64,000 nucleotides of DNA from an uncultured Actinomycetes bacterium (GTDB lineage Bacteria > Actinomycetota > Acidimicrobiia > Acidimicrobiales > Ilumatobacteraceae): the NCBI GenBank assembly GCA_937927625.1, contig CALBSD010000097.1, forward strand, positions 987 through 64,986, read 5' to 3'. A program made the translations under genes and the position numbers. This document shows positions 28,491 to 38,981 of this stretch, one piece after another; position 1 is the first letter of the stretch, and each line of letters starts with the position of its first letter. The notes beneath the pieces were generated by a model. It did not search any database, had not been told where the DNA came from, and saw only the letters and a list, made by a program, of their open reading frames with translations.

Positions 28491-29378
28491 CTATTTACGA
28501 GTAACGGTGACGACGGCGGACGCAAAGCGAGTCGCTGCATCACGTTCCATATGGAGATACAGAGATGGCTCGGCCAATTCGAGTTCCATCAGCACGGGGA
28601 CACCTGCCGAGCCACGCACGACATCAACGCGCGCATACAACGGTGCATATCCAAACTTGTCAACGATGAAGTCCATGACCTCTTCGCCCAATTCACGTTC
28701 TTGCGAAGACGCTTCACGCGAGGAGATGTCTTCTTCGGTGTAGAGACCGTTCTTCACATTGTCGCCAGTTGCCAAAATGGCGCCCTTGCGGAAAGCATGG
28801 CTGTACTCGCCGTTGAAGTACAACATCCCGGTCTCACCACGTTCATCAATGAAGCGCTGGTACGGCTGCACCATCGCAACCTTGCCGGAGTCAATGAGTT
28901 GTCCAAGATGTGCAGCAGCTTTGACAGGCGACTCAATATGACGCTCTGTGTTGTTCGATCCTGCACTGACAGTTGGCTTCACCACAATGTCGCGATCGAG
29001 CATGCCGTCATTGGTGATGAGAACAAGATCTTCTGCACCGCGAACATATGTCGTGGGAATCACAGGAATGCCTGCATCAATCAACTCACCGAGATAGGTC
29101 TTGTCGGTATTCCACTTCACAATGTCTGCACTGTTGAACAACGTTGTCTTTGTGGAAACGTCATCAAGCCACTGCACAAATTCTTCGTAGCGGCGGTGGT
29201 AATCCCACGGAGAACGAATAATCGCCGCGGAGAACCGTGACCAGTCCTCGGCGGCGTTATCCCAATCTGTAATTTCGGCAACTATTCCGCGGTCTTGCAA
29301 CGCGCGAATAATCATCGAAAGATCTGTGTCGTGATGTCGCGCCTCCGCACAACTAACGAGCGCTATTGGACGCGACAT
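28491..29378 (-). CDS. ATP-grasp domain protein
   Basis: RimK/glutathione-synthetase-like layout (DIVVKPTVSAGSNNT, VMVQPYQ, ELELAEPSLY). 295 aa. 25 nt downstream of groEL. Confidence 0.7.
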   Translation of the reverse strand: MSRPIALVSCAEARHHDTDLSMIIRALQDRGIVAEITDWDNAAEDWSRFSAAIIRSPWDYHRRYEEFVQWLDDVSTKTTLFNSADIVKWNTDKTYLGELIDAGIPVIPTTYVRGAEDLVLITNDGMLDRDIVVKPTVSAGSNNTERHIESPVKAAAHLGQLIDSGKVAMVQPYQRFIDERGETGMLYFNGEYSHAFRKGAILATGDNVKNGLYTEEDISSREASSQERELGEEVMDFIVDKFGYAPLYARVDVVRGSAGVPVLMELELAEPSLYLHMERDAATRFASAVVTVTRK

Positions 29379-29403
29379 CGACGATCAGAAATGTATGAAC
29401 GAC

Positions 29404-31086
<1,683 letters not shown>

Positions 31087-31113
31087 CTAGCACTCTATCG
31101 GTGAGACTGCTAA
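31087..31113. promoter_or_regulatory. CIRCE (HrcA operator) element
   Basis: CTAGCACTC-N9-GACTGCTAA versus the consensus TTAGCACTC-N9-GAGTGCTAA (8/9 in each arm), located 61-87 nt upstream of the groEL ATG. Confidence 0.75.
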
Positions 31114-31187
31114 CGCCACACCTACCAGAGGGGTGGAAAACCTGCCCGAGCGGGGCTTGAGCCCCCACTCATCGAGCCTGGGACCCT

Positions 31188-32375
31188 TCAGGAAGTGACC
31201 AGCGGCAGCAATTCCATGCCGAGGGCTTCTCGATAGGTGTTGTGGTAGTGGTGCAGAGCTGGTTCGTTGCGACCAAACACCACGTGGCTGAGAGCTCCGC
31301 TATTTGCCGTCGTCTGCTGGCTGGCGCTCATTACATAATCCTCATCGCGAATGATCGAAGTGAACATCTGGCCCTGCATGCGATTCATCTCAGCTCGAGC
31401 CTCTGCTTCCTCCGGGCTGTGCGCATCGCTGTTTCGACTGCACAGCGAGATCTGGCTTATGTGTCGACCTGGATTAGCGGGATCTGGATAGACACGGACG
31501 AGAAGCGCACCGTCTGGTGTTGGCAGAAGCTGCACATTCGGAAAGAGCCAATAAGCGGGAAGTGTTGCCGTTGTAATGCTCCACTCTTCTCTTGGCAACT
31601 TTCTCATCTCGTCAATTGCGCGCTTGCACAACAAGAAACGATGGTTACGTCCGAAGGTTTCGTAACACGAAACATTTCCATGAAATCCGAGGTTGATCGT
31701 GTTCTGGTGCAAGGCCGGGAAGTGATACGTCTCGCCAAAAGTGTCAATAGCGAGTTTCCAATTGCACGCAGTGTCGTATGTGAGACGGCTGTGCGTGTAC
31801 AACTCTTCGAATTTCCAGTTCGCTATTTCGGCAGCAAACTCAGGCGTTAAGAGCGCATCAACATCAATCACGCCATCGGCGTCAGGGTGCACCCACAGCA
31901 ATCCGTACTTCTCCACTGCAGGAAGCTTCACGAGACCATTGCAACTTGCATCAATCTCACCAAAGTGATCGCGCTTAGGAATTCCGGCGAGTGACCCATC
32001 GGTGTCGTAGGACCAATTGTGGAATCGGCACGTAAAACGACGCGCAGTGCCTCGTTCCTCTTCGACAACAAGTGCGCCGCGATGTCGACACGCGTTCACC
32101 ATTGCGGTGAAATTTCCATCGGCGTCTCGACTTGCGATGATGGGCACACCGAAGTCATTGATCGTCATAAATGAGCCAGGTTCTGGAAGGTCTCCAGAAA
32201 TTCCGATGATCTGTGGATGATGACGGAAGAAAGCTTCCCACTCTTTTGCAGCAAGTTCGGGGTCGACGTACACCGATGTCGGGTTGTGTCTGTGTCCACC
32301 CGCATCGACATTCGTTCCGTTATCGAGACGTTCCAGCATCTCTTCAATCAAACGCACTTGCACGTCGTGCTTCAT
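31188..32375 (-). CDS. Rieske [2Fe-2S] aromatic-ring-hydroxylating oxygenase, alpha subunit
   Basis: Rieske motif CRHRGALV...CRFHNWSY. Catalytic-domain non-heme iron site DTFGETYHFPALH. ATG 32375 (track start TTG 32393). Confidence 0.85.
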   Translation of the reverse strand: MKHDVQVRLIEEMLERLDNGTNVDAGGHRHNPTSVYVDPELAAKEWEAFFRHHPQIIGISGDLPEPGSFMTINDFGVPIIASRDADGNFTAMVNACRHRGALVVEEERGTARRFTCRFHNWSYDTDGSLAGIPKRDHFGEIDASCNGLVKLPAVEKYGLLWVHPDADGVIDVDALLTPEFAAEIANWKFEELYTHSRLTYDTACNWKLAIDTFGETYHFPALHQNTINLGFHGNVSCYETFGRNHRFLLCKRAIDEMRKLPREEWSITTATLPAYWLFPNVQLLPTPDGALLVRVYPDPANPGRHISQISLCSRNSDAHSPEEAEARAEMNRMQGQMFTSIIRDEDYVMSASQQTTANSGALSHVVFGRNEPALHHYHNTYREALGMELLPLVTS

Positions 32376-32404
32376 GACTTTCCCCCAACACAATTGAATG
32401 AATT

Positions 32405-32432
32405 ACAAACTTAGAGTACTCTCTAAGTTTGT
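32405..32432. promoter_or_regulatory. Perfect 12-4-12 inverted repeat ACAAACTTAGAG-tact-CTCTAAGTTTGT, a likely TetR operator
   Basis: Read directly from the sequence. It lies between the divergent Rieske oxygenase (ATG 32375) and tetR genes. Confidence 0.6.
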
Positions 32433-33135
32433 GAAAACACAAGCCCTCAACCCCATCAAGCCTCTGGGTTTGAGAGAGCGCAACAAAGCCAAACGACGTG
32501 ATGCCATCCTCGACAGTGTCTTGCGCATTCTTCGCACATCAAGCATCTCCGACCTTTCCGTTGAACGCATTGCTGAACTTGCAAAGGTCTCCCCCGCCAC
32601 CGTGTACAACCTTGTCGGCACACGTGACGCGTTGTTTATTGCGTGCATCGATCGAGTGATTGAAAATCTCGCTGCAGACCTCGCCGACGTTTACTCAAAC
32701 GACGACCCCATTGCTGCCGCACTTGCAATCGTCGAGACGTCGACACAAGCGTTCATCAATAACGGTGACGCATTCCGCCAAATCTTGAGAGCAGTGAACT
32801 CGGCATCACATTCGGGTCAGTCCCTATCGATGGACCCCGGTCTATTGCAGATTCGTGCAATGAAGATGGCGCAGGCACAAGGGTTCTTATCGGCAGATGT
32901 CGATGCCACTGCGCTTGGTCGACAGGTGTATCTGTCGTACAACGGTGCAATGTTTGCGTGGTCTGCTGGGCAACTCGATAACAACGGATTTCTTTCCGCA
33001 GTGAGGCATGGTTTGTGGACTGCACTTGCCGCAGCGGCAAGCGAAGAACATCGACCTGAGTTTGTTCAGCGCATGATGAAAGCGTCTAAACAACTTTCAC
33101 GCGCGGGCTACGGGCAATCCTCGAAGCGCAACTAA
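32431..33135 (+). CDS. TetR/AcrR family transcriptional regulator
   Basis: HTH segment ISDLSVERIAELAKVSPATVYNLVGTRDALF. The track ATG 32398 would put the palindrome inside the CDS. In-frame GTG 32431 and TTG 32470 (MRERNKAKRRDAIL) are more plausible starts. Confidence 0.85.
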   Translation: MKTQALNPIKPLGLRERNKAKRRDAILDSVLRILRTSSISDLSVERIAELAKVSPATVYNLVGTRDALFIACIDRVIENLAADLADVYSNDDPIAAALAIVETSTQAFINNGDAFRQILRAVNSASHSGQSLSMDPGLLQIRAMKMAQAQGFLSADVDATALGRQVYLSYNGAMFAWSAGQLDNNGFLSAVRHGLWTALAAAASEEHRPEFVQRMMKASKQLSRAGYGQSSKRN

Positions 33136-33144
33136 AACTGGGCT

Positions 33145-33423
33145 TTAGAACCCACCGGCTACCGCAGGAATGATCGAGACGGTGTCGCCGTCCTTCACAG
33201 GGGTTTCAAGGCCCTGGAGGTAACGCACGTCGTCGTCAGACACGAAGATGTTCACGAACTTGTGCAGCTCGCCCGCACCGTCGAACAAACGCTCGCCAAA
33301 GCCATTGTGAGCCGCATCGAGCGACTTCAACACGTCACCCAGGGTGCCAGCAGGAACTTCAACAGTGGATGCTCCACCGGAGATGGGACGCATGGTGGTG
33401 GGGATTCGTACGGTAACGGCCAT
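33145..33423 (-). CDS. MoaD/ThiS-family ubiquitin-like sulfur carrier (CysO-like) ending ...AVAGGF
   Basis: 92 aa. MAVTVRIPT..RP..GG...VEV...HKFVNIFVSDDDVRYLQGLETPVKDGDTVSIIPAVAGG plus one extra Phe. 20 nt downstream of the amidase gene. Confidence 0.8.
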   Translation of the reverse strand: MAVTVRIPTTMRPISGGASTVEVPAGTLGDVLKSLDAAHNGFGERLFDGAGELHKFVNIFVSDDDVRYLQGLETPVKDGDTVSIIPAVAGGF

Positions 33424-33443
33424 GGCAAAACCCTACCGAGTGA

Positions 33444-34892
33444 CTAGGGAATAGACACCAGTGGCGCCACGCGGTCGTGCCATGGCATTGCCACTTCCAA
33501 CTGCGCAGCCAAGCGCACCAATACGTCCTCGCGGAATGGCGCACCAACAAACTGCACACCCATCGGCAAGCCAGTGGTGGACCAATGCAATGGAAGGCTG
33601 ATGGCAGGTTGACCCGTGAGGTTGAACTGCGCCGTATAAGCAAGCACCTCAAGAAGATGACGAGTGCCATCGGTGCCGGCGAGATAACCAATCTTCGGCG
33701 GTGGGCCGGCGATTGTCGGTGTCACCAAGATGTCGAAACCACGAGAGCCGTCAATAGGTTCCCACCACTGCACGACTTCACGACACCATGCGTGCAACCA
33801 CATCATGTTGTCGAGATACATGCCAGTCGTGACATTGCGACCCAGTTCGCGCATCAACAAGTTGTCGGGCTCAAGATCACCTTCACCAATATCGCGGCCA
33901 AGAATTTTCTCGAATGTTGAAACGTCGGCGTGTGTCCATGCAGCAACAATTGCGGTGAACTTGCCGGAGCTATCTGGATTTTCCAGAGCCGTTGGCCACG
34001 CAACAGACACGTCGTGCCCAAGAGATGTCAACACCTCGGCGGTTTTGCGAATTGATTCGCGCGACTCTGCATGATCTGTTTGATACGCAAACAACGGATG
34101 ATCCAGGATTCCTATGCGCAAACGACCTGGGTCTGCACCCACTTCTTGCACCAACGGACGCGCATACGGAGGCGCGGTGTACGGATCACCAGGTTCGTAG
34201 CCGGAAATAACGTCAAGCACTGCTGCGGTGTCGCGCACAGTTCTCGTGACGCAACCATCAATCGTTGAGCCCATCCAACTTTCGCCAAGATCAGGGCCCT
34301 TACTCACACGACCGCGTGATGGCTTTAATCCAACAAGTCCGCACTCGGCTGCAGGAACGCGAATGGAACCGCCACCATCGTTTGCATGACCAACCGCAAC
34401 AATGTGCGACGCAACACTTGCTGCTGATCCACCTGATGAACCACCTGTCGAATGTTCAAGATTCCACGGGTTACGTGTTGGTCCGTAACTCAATGGTTCC
34501 GTTGTAATCGTGTTGCCGAACTCTGGTGTGTTCGTGCGACCAATAACGACAAAACCTGCATTGCGAAAACGTCGCGTGAGATAACTATCTGTCTGTGCGA
34601 TGTAGTTCTCATTCTTCAAGAAGCGCGTACCCATGTGGTGCGGCTCCCCTGCCATTGATGCGCCAAGATCTTTCAGCACCATTGGCACACCAGTGAATGG
34701 ACCGGTGGGAAGTCCTGCTGTTACTTCATCGCGTGCGCGATCAAAACGCGGATGAATGATGGCGTTGATGTCGCCGTTCACTGCTTCGGCTTGCGCAATC
34801 GCTGCGTCCACCATTTCGCGTGGCGACACTTCACCTTTCGCGATCAGAGCAGCTTGTGCTGTTGCGTCCAGTGCGTTCAAAGATTCGCTCAT
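33444..34892 (-). CDS. Amidase (amidase-signature family)
   Basis: AS motif GGSSGGSAASVA and catalytic-Lys region. ATG 34892 (MSESLNALDATAQAALIAKGEVSP). The 71 upstream codons in the track ORF are an open-frame artefact overlapping the glycerate kinase gene. Confidence 0.9.
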   Translation of the reverse strand: MSESLNALDATAQAALIAKGEVSPREMVDAAIAQAEAVNGDINAIIHPRFDRARDEVTAGLPTGPFTGVPMVLKDLGASMAGEPHHMGTRFLKNENYIAQTDSYLTRRFRNAGFVVIGRTNTPEFGNTITTEPLSYGPTRNPWNLEHSTGGSSGGSAASVASHIVAVGHANDGGGSIRVPAAECGLVGLKPSRGRVSKGPDLGESWMGSTIDGCVTRTVRDTAAVLDVISGYEPGDPYTAPPYARPLVQEVGADPGRLRIGILDHPLFAYQTDHAESRESIRKTAEVLTSLGHDVSVAWPTALENPDSSGKFTAIVAAWTHADVSTFEKILGRDIGEGDLEPDNLLMRELGRNVTTGMYLDNMMWLHAWCREVVQWWEPIDGSRGFDILVTPTIAGPPPKIGYLAGTDGTRHLLEVLAYTAQFNLTGQPAISLPLHWSTTGLPMGVQFVGAPFREDVLVRLAAQLEVAMPWHDRVAPLVSIP

Positions 34893-34926
34893 GTGAGAAA
34901 CCTTATGTCCGCCGTAAGGTGACAAT

Positions 34927-35931
34927 GTGCGTGTACTTGCAGCGGCTGACAAATTCAAGGGAACTGCCACCGCCGCACAGGTCTGCGCCGCGATTGGCCA
35001 CGCCTGTTGGTCCCTGAATATCGACTGCACCGAGATTCCAATGGCCGATGGCGGCGAAGGGACTCTCGACGTACTCGGAGGCGCCAACCGCACCACCCGT
35101 GTCACCGGCCCACTGGGTCAACCCGTGGAAGCCGCCTGGCGCTTGCATCGTGGCGTTGCAGTCATTGAGATGGCACGCGCATCAGGGCTCACGCTTGCTG
35201 GCGGACCCGACAACAACGATGCGCTGAATGCAACCACACAAGGCGTTGGTGAGTTGATTGACAGCGCTCTCAATGAAGGCGCAAAGAAAATCATCGTGTG
35301 TCTTGGTGGTTCTGCAACAACCGATGGCGGACTCGGCGCATTACGTGCCATCAGCACACCCGCACGATTGCTCGCCGTCGAGTTTCTCGTTGCGTGTGAT
35401 GTCGACACGTTGTTTGTTGATGCAGCAAAGGTCTTTGCACCGCAGAAAGGTGCAACGCCCGCGCAGGTCAACATGCTCACCGGGCGACTCGAGCAACTCG
35501 CGCAGCGTTACGAAAATGAATTCGGCATCAACGTTTCGCGCATTCCGGGTAGCGGGGCCGCGGGCGGACTTGCTGGGGGTCTCGCAGCACTCGGCGCGAA
35601 ATTAATTCCGGGGTTTGACATCGTCGCTGAAGAAAACGGATTCGACGAAGCGATCAAAGAACACGATCTCGTGATTACTGGCGAGGGCCTTTTCGACGAC
35701 ACCAGTTTTGACGGGAAAGTTGTTGGTTCTGTTCTTGACTACGCCAATGAAGCGGGAACAAAAGCAATCGCGATTGTGGGAGACATTGATGACGCAATGG
35801 ACATCGCACTTCGCACGGAGATTGAAACCGTCAGCATCACTGAGATGTTTGGTAACGACATGGCACTGCAACAAGTGTTGCGCTGTATCGAAGATGCGGC
35901 TTTAGACGTCTTAAAAAAACTGATTCAGTAA
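34927..35931 (+). CDS. Glycerate kinase
   Basis: VLAAADKFKGTATAAQV...MADGGEGT...GGSATTDGGLG...GEGLFDDTSFDGKV pattern. GTG start. Confidence 0.85.
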   Translation: MRVLAAADKFKGTATAAQVCAAIGHACWSLNIDCTEIPMADGGEGTLDVLGGANRTTRVTGPLGQPVEAAWRLHRGVAVIEMARASGLTLAGGPDNNDALNATTQGVGELIDSALNEGAKKIIVCLGGSATTDGGLGALRAISTPARLLAVEFLVACDVDTLFVDAAKVFAPQKGATPAQVNMLTGRLEQLAQRYENEFGINVSRIPGSGAAGGLAGGLAALGAKLIPGFDIVAEENGFDEAIKEHDLVITGEGLFDDTSFDGKVVGSVLDYANEAGTKAIAIVGDIDDAMDIALRTEIETVSITEMFGNDMALQQVLRCIEDAALDVLKKLIQ

Positions 35932-35956
35932 ATCTCGCTGCGACAGCAGCTGATGT

Positions 35957-36556
35957 TTACGGAAGAGTTGTGGTGGCGGCGATGCCGTTCGGCCCGCCTT
36001 CAGCACCAGCAAGTGGCTTGTTCGAAAGATCTGTTCCCAACAAGATGAGAACACATGCTTCGCCAAGGCTTCCGTCTGCCAACGGAACAGGGTTTGGCAT
36101 TGGACCGACGTCCACATTTCCACCAAGAACAGCAGCAACATTTTGCGCATTGGCTTCGCAACCCACCGTGTAATACACACCGGTCTTCAGACGCTTTGCA
36201 GTACCTGGTGCCACGTTCTTTGCTTCAGGTACGACGTAGCCGAGTACCTGCAAGCGGTCGGTCATATCACCAGCACTGCCGGCGATGCCCGATGCGTTCG
36301 CCACCTGAATCTTGAATCCCATGATGTTGAAAGGAGCAGTGGTGGACGAAGCCTTGGGGTCGATAGTGCCGCCATCGGGAGTCGTGGCCACCGGAGCCTT
36401 GGTACCTGGGTTATCACTGGTACCGCCATCGGCGCGGACATCACGAAGAATGAGGAATCCGAGGAGCAGAGCGACCACAGCAACAGCTGCGCCGAGGCTG
36501 CCGTTCGAGGCTGTTGGAAGTGATGGGCGGGATCCGCGAGGGCGTTGCTGGCTCAT
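35957..36556 (-). CDS. LytR_C (LytR cell-envelope-related C-terminal) domain protein
   Basis: One TM segment, then FKIQVANASGIAGSAGDMTDRLQVLGYVV...GVYYTVGCEANAQNVAAVLGG. ATG 36556 is preceded by GGAGGA at about 9-nt spacing. Confidence 0.7.
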   Translation of the reverse strand: MSQQRPRGSRPSLPTASNGSLGAAVAVVALLLGFLILRDVRADGGTSDNPGTKAPVATTPDGGTIDPKASSTTAPFNIMGFKIQVANASGIAGSAGDMTDRLQVLGYVVPEAKNVAPGTAKRLKTGVYYTVGCEANAQNVAAVLGGNVDVGPMPNPVPLADGSLGEACVLILLGTDLSNKPLAGAEGGPNGIAATTTLP

Positions 36557-36655
36557 AAGAAATGGTCCTCCGTATTGGAAAAGGAGATGGCACCACCGTA
36601 GTGGGCAGGTGTGCGGGGCGTGTGCCACCCCGAAAACCCTTGAATATCAAGCAAA

Positions 36656-36730
36656 TGGAGCCGGGTGTGGGGGTTGAACCCACGGCCTACGCATTACAAG
36701 TGCGTTGCTCTACCACTGAGCTAACCCGGC
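36656..36730 (-). tRNA. tRNA-Thr (anticodon TGT), CCA encoded
   Basis: The reverse complement reads GCCGGGTTAGCTCAGTGGTAGAGCAACGCACTTGTAATGCGTAGGCCGTGGGTTCAACCCCCACACCCGGCTCCA. Cloverleaf checked by hand: acceptor GCCGGGT/ACCCGGC, anticodon loop CTTGTAA, T-loop GGTTCAACC. Confidence 0.9.
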
Positions 36731-36743
36731 GAGGACTCTCAGC

Positions 36744-37811
36744 CTAGGCGCGTCCCGCCATTCGCACACGGGTGACTTCATAAGTTGCCAGCGCGGCGGC
36801 GGCCGAGACGTTGAGAGAGGAGACCTGCCCCAGCATCGGGATGCCCACGATGGTGTCGCAGCGGTCCTTCACAAGGCGGGACAAGCCCGTGCCTTCTGAA
36901 CCCAGAACGATGCAGATGCCATCGTTGGCCAACTTGCCGATGTCGAACAAGGTCTCGGTGCTGGAGTCGTCGAGACCGACCACCCAGATGCCCTTGTCCT
37001 TCATCTGCTGGATAGCGGTGGGAAGGCCCGACACGAGGGTCATCGGCACGTGCTCGACAGCGCCAGCGGCGGACTTTGCCACGGTGGGCGTGACATGCAC
37101 AGCGCGGTGCTTTGGCAATACGACACCGGTGACTCCGGCGCCATCACAGCAACGCAAGAGCGCGCCAAGGTTGCCCGGATCAGTCACGCCATCGACAGCC
37201 ACCAAGAACGGTGCAACGCCGTTGTGCGTCTTCAACATGTCTGCGAACGATGCTTCTTCTAATTGAGCAGCAAACGCGATGATGCCTTGCGGTGCTTCGC
37301 TTCGTGCAGTGTCTTCCAACGTGCGACGAGCAACTTCAAGAATTGGTACGCGATGTGCATGTGCAATTTGTTCGATGTCATCAAGGATTGGTGCTGCATC
37401 AATGTCAGATGCCATCCAGATTTCGCGAATCTTTCGCTTCTGACCAATCAACAATTCACGAACAGCCTGACGACCTTCGATTTGTTCGCCACCAAGACCC
37501 TTTGCAACGGGTGCGTTGCGACGTGGTGCTTCACCGCGTCGACCACCAGGAAGTGGTGCAGAGCGACGAGCCTTTGGACGAGGTGCATCATCACGTGAGA
37601 ACGATGCCGCACTGCGTGATGCACCACCGGCACCTGCGCCCTTGCTGCGCGAAACAACACCACGTGATGCTGCGGCACCACTTCGAGGTGATGCAGCCTT
37701 TGGTGCGGCCTTACTTCCGGCGCGGCTATTTGTGTTGCGTCCACCTGCAGGGCGACCTGGAGGCCCCAAGTTGACCTTTGCTTTGGGCTTGCTCGATTTG
37801 CGTGCGGCCAT
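36744..37811 (-). CDS. rlmB: 23S rRNA (guanosine-2'-O)-methyltransferase RlmB (SpoU/TrmH family) with basic Ala/Arg-rich N-terminus
   Basis: SpoU motifs VVGLDD, CIVLGSEGTGLSRLV, IPMLGQVSSLNVSAAAALATYE. ATG 37811 lies 2 nt after the ispF stop. Confidence 0.85.
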   Translation of the reverse strand: MAARKSSKPKAKVNLGPPGRPAGGRNTNSRAGSKAAPKAASPRSGAAASRGVVSRSKGAGAGGASRSAASFSRDDAPRPKARRSAPLPGGRRGEAPRRNAPVAKGLGGEQIEGRQAVRELLIGQKRKIREIWMASDIDAAPILDDIEQIAHAHRVPILEVARRTLEDTARSEAPQGIIAFAAQLEEASFADMLKTHNGVAPFLVAVDGVTDPGNLGALLRCCDGAGVTGVVLPKHRAVHVTPTVAKSAAGAVEHVPMTLVSGLPTAIQQMKDKGIWVVGLDDSSTETLFDIGKLANDGICIVLGSEGTGLSRLVKDRCDTIVGIPMLGQVSSLNVSAAAALATYEVTRVRMAGRA

Positions 37812-37813
37812 GA

Positions 37814-38302
37814 CTATGACTCCTTGATGATGACGGCTGATGCGAAGCAAGCGATTCCTTCGCTGCGTCCGATTGCCCCGAGACCTTCAGCGCGTCGTCC
37901 CTTGACAGAGACAGGTGCACCAGCGGCTTCGGAAAGCAGGCTCACCATTGTGTCGCGAGATGGAGCAATTCGTGGCGATTCGCACACAACACTGCAGTCA
38001 ACATTGCCAATTCTCCAGCCCTGGGCGGTCACTTTGGCTGCCACATCGCGCAAAATGGCCAATGAGTCGGCCCCCTTCCACGCAGGGTCGGTATCTGGAT
38101 AGTGCTGGCCAATGTCGCCAAGACCCGCAGCCCCCAGCAATGCATCGGCTGCGGCATGCGCAATCACGTCGGCATCGCTATGCCCGATCAGCACTGGCTC
38201 ACCGGGAAACTGCACGCCACCGAGGATGAGCACACGGCCTTCGATTGGTGCATCAGCAAACTTGTGAATATCGAAACCTTGTCCGACACGAACATCAATC
38301 AT
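37814..38302 (-). CDS. ispF: 2-C-methyl-D-erythritol 2,4-cyclodiphosphate synthase
   Basis: RVGQGFDIHKF...GHSDADVIAHAAADALLGAAGLGDIGQHYPDTDP is the canonical IspF pattern. The start overlaps the ispD stop (ATGA). Confidence 0.93.
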   Translation of the reverse strand: MIDVRVGQGFDIHKFADAPIEGRVLILGGVQFPGEPVLIGHSDADVIAHAAADALLGAAGLGDIGQHYPDTDPAWKGADSLAILRDVAAKVTAQGWRIGNVDCSVVCESPRIAPSRDTMVSLLSEAAGAPVSVKGRRAEGLGAIGRSEGIACFASAVIIKES

Positions 38303-38952
38303 CAGACTTCACCCCGCAACAAATGATTGGCATGAGCAACAGCCCATTCAAGATCCTCGCGTGTGGTGATCTTGCGATTCACCACTTCCCCATCGACAAC
38401 GACGACTTCTCCGGCGATCTTCTCAACGAGAGTTGCATCGTCAGTTCCTTCACCACCATTTGCATGTGCTTTGCGAAGAGCTTCTGCACGGAACGCTTGA
38501 GGAGTCTGAATGGCTCGCAAAGTCTCCCGATGAAGTGTGCTGGTGACAACATTCGATGCATTGATCTGCTTGATGGTGTCAACAACAGGGATGCCTGGCA
38601 CTGCGCCTGCTGCGCCATCGACAATGGCAGAAATAACGTGTTGGTAGACCGCCGGACTAGCGAAGGGTCGCGCAGCGTCGTGCACCAAAACAATGGTGGC
38701 GTCTGCAGGGACGGCTGCAAGGCCTCTCCGCACTGATTCACTGCGCGTCTTGCCGCCTTCCACTTGGTTCTCACCATCGGCTTGACCCTCTGGCAACACA
38801 GTGATGACACCAACAGAATGTTTGAGGGCCTCTTCAACAGCCCAGTCGACGATTTTCTTCCCGCCAAGGAGCTCAAATTGTTTCGCACTCCCGAAGCGAA
38901 GGCCCGAACCTGCCGCAACGACGATTGTCCACACAGTTTCATTTTCAGCCAT
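38302..38952 (-). CDS. ispD: 2-C-methyl-D-erythritol 4-phosphate cytidylyltransferase
   Basis: VVAAGSGLRFG..KQF...VLVHDAARPF...QTPQAF motifs. Confidence 0.9.
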   Translation of the reverse strand: MAENETVWTIVVAAGSGLRFGSAKQFELLGGKKIVDWAVEEALKHSVGVITVLPEGQADGENQVEGGKTRSESVRRGLAAVPADATIVLVHDAARPFASPAVYQHVISAIVDGAAGAVPGIPVVDTIKQINASNVVTSTLHRETLRAIQTPQAFRAEALRKAHANGGEGTDDATLVEKIAGEVVVVDGEVVNRKITTREDLEWAVAHANHLLRGEV

Positions 38953-38981
38953 GACCGAAGGGTAGTACGGTCAGAATTGCT

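Noticed and set aside
31140-31175. Short GGGGC-ttga-GCCCC hairpin downstream of the Rieske oxygenase gene as a terminator upstream of the groEL promoter.
   Set aside because: The stem is only 5 bp and the T-run is weak and displaced. This is plausible but too weak to call without an energy calculation or 3'-end data.
34893-35105. N-terminal 71-codon extension of the amidase ORF (track start 35105) overlapping the glycerate kinase gene.
   Set aside because: The extension is Pro/Ser/Ala-rich with no amidase homology pattern. ATG 34892 gives a typical amidase N-terminus and removes the overlap.
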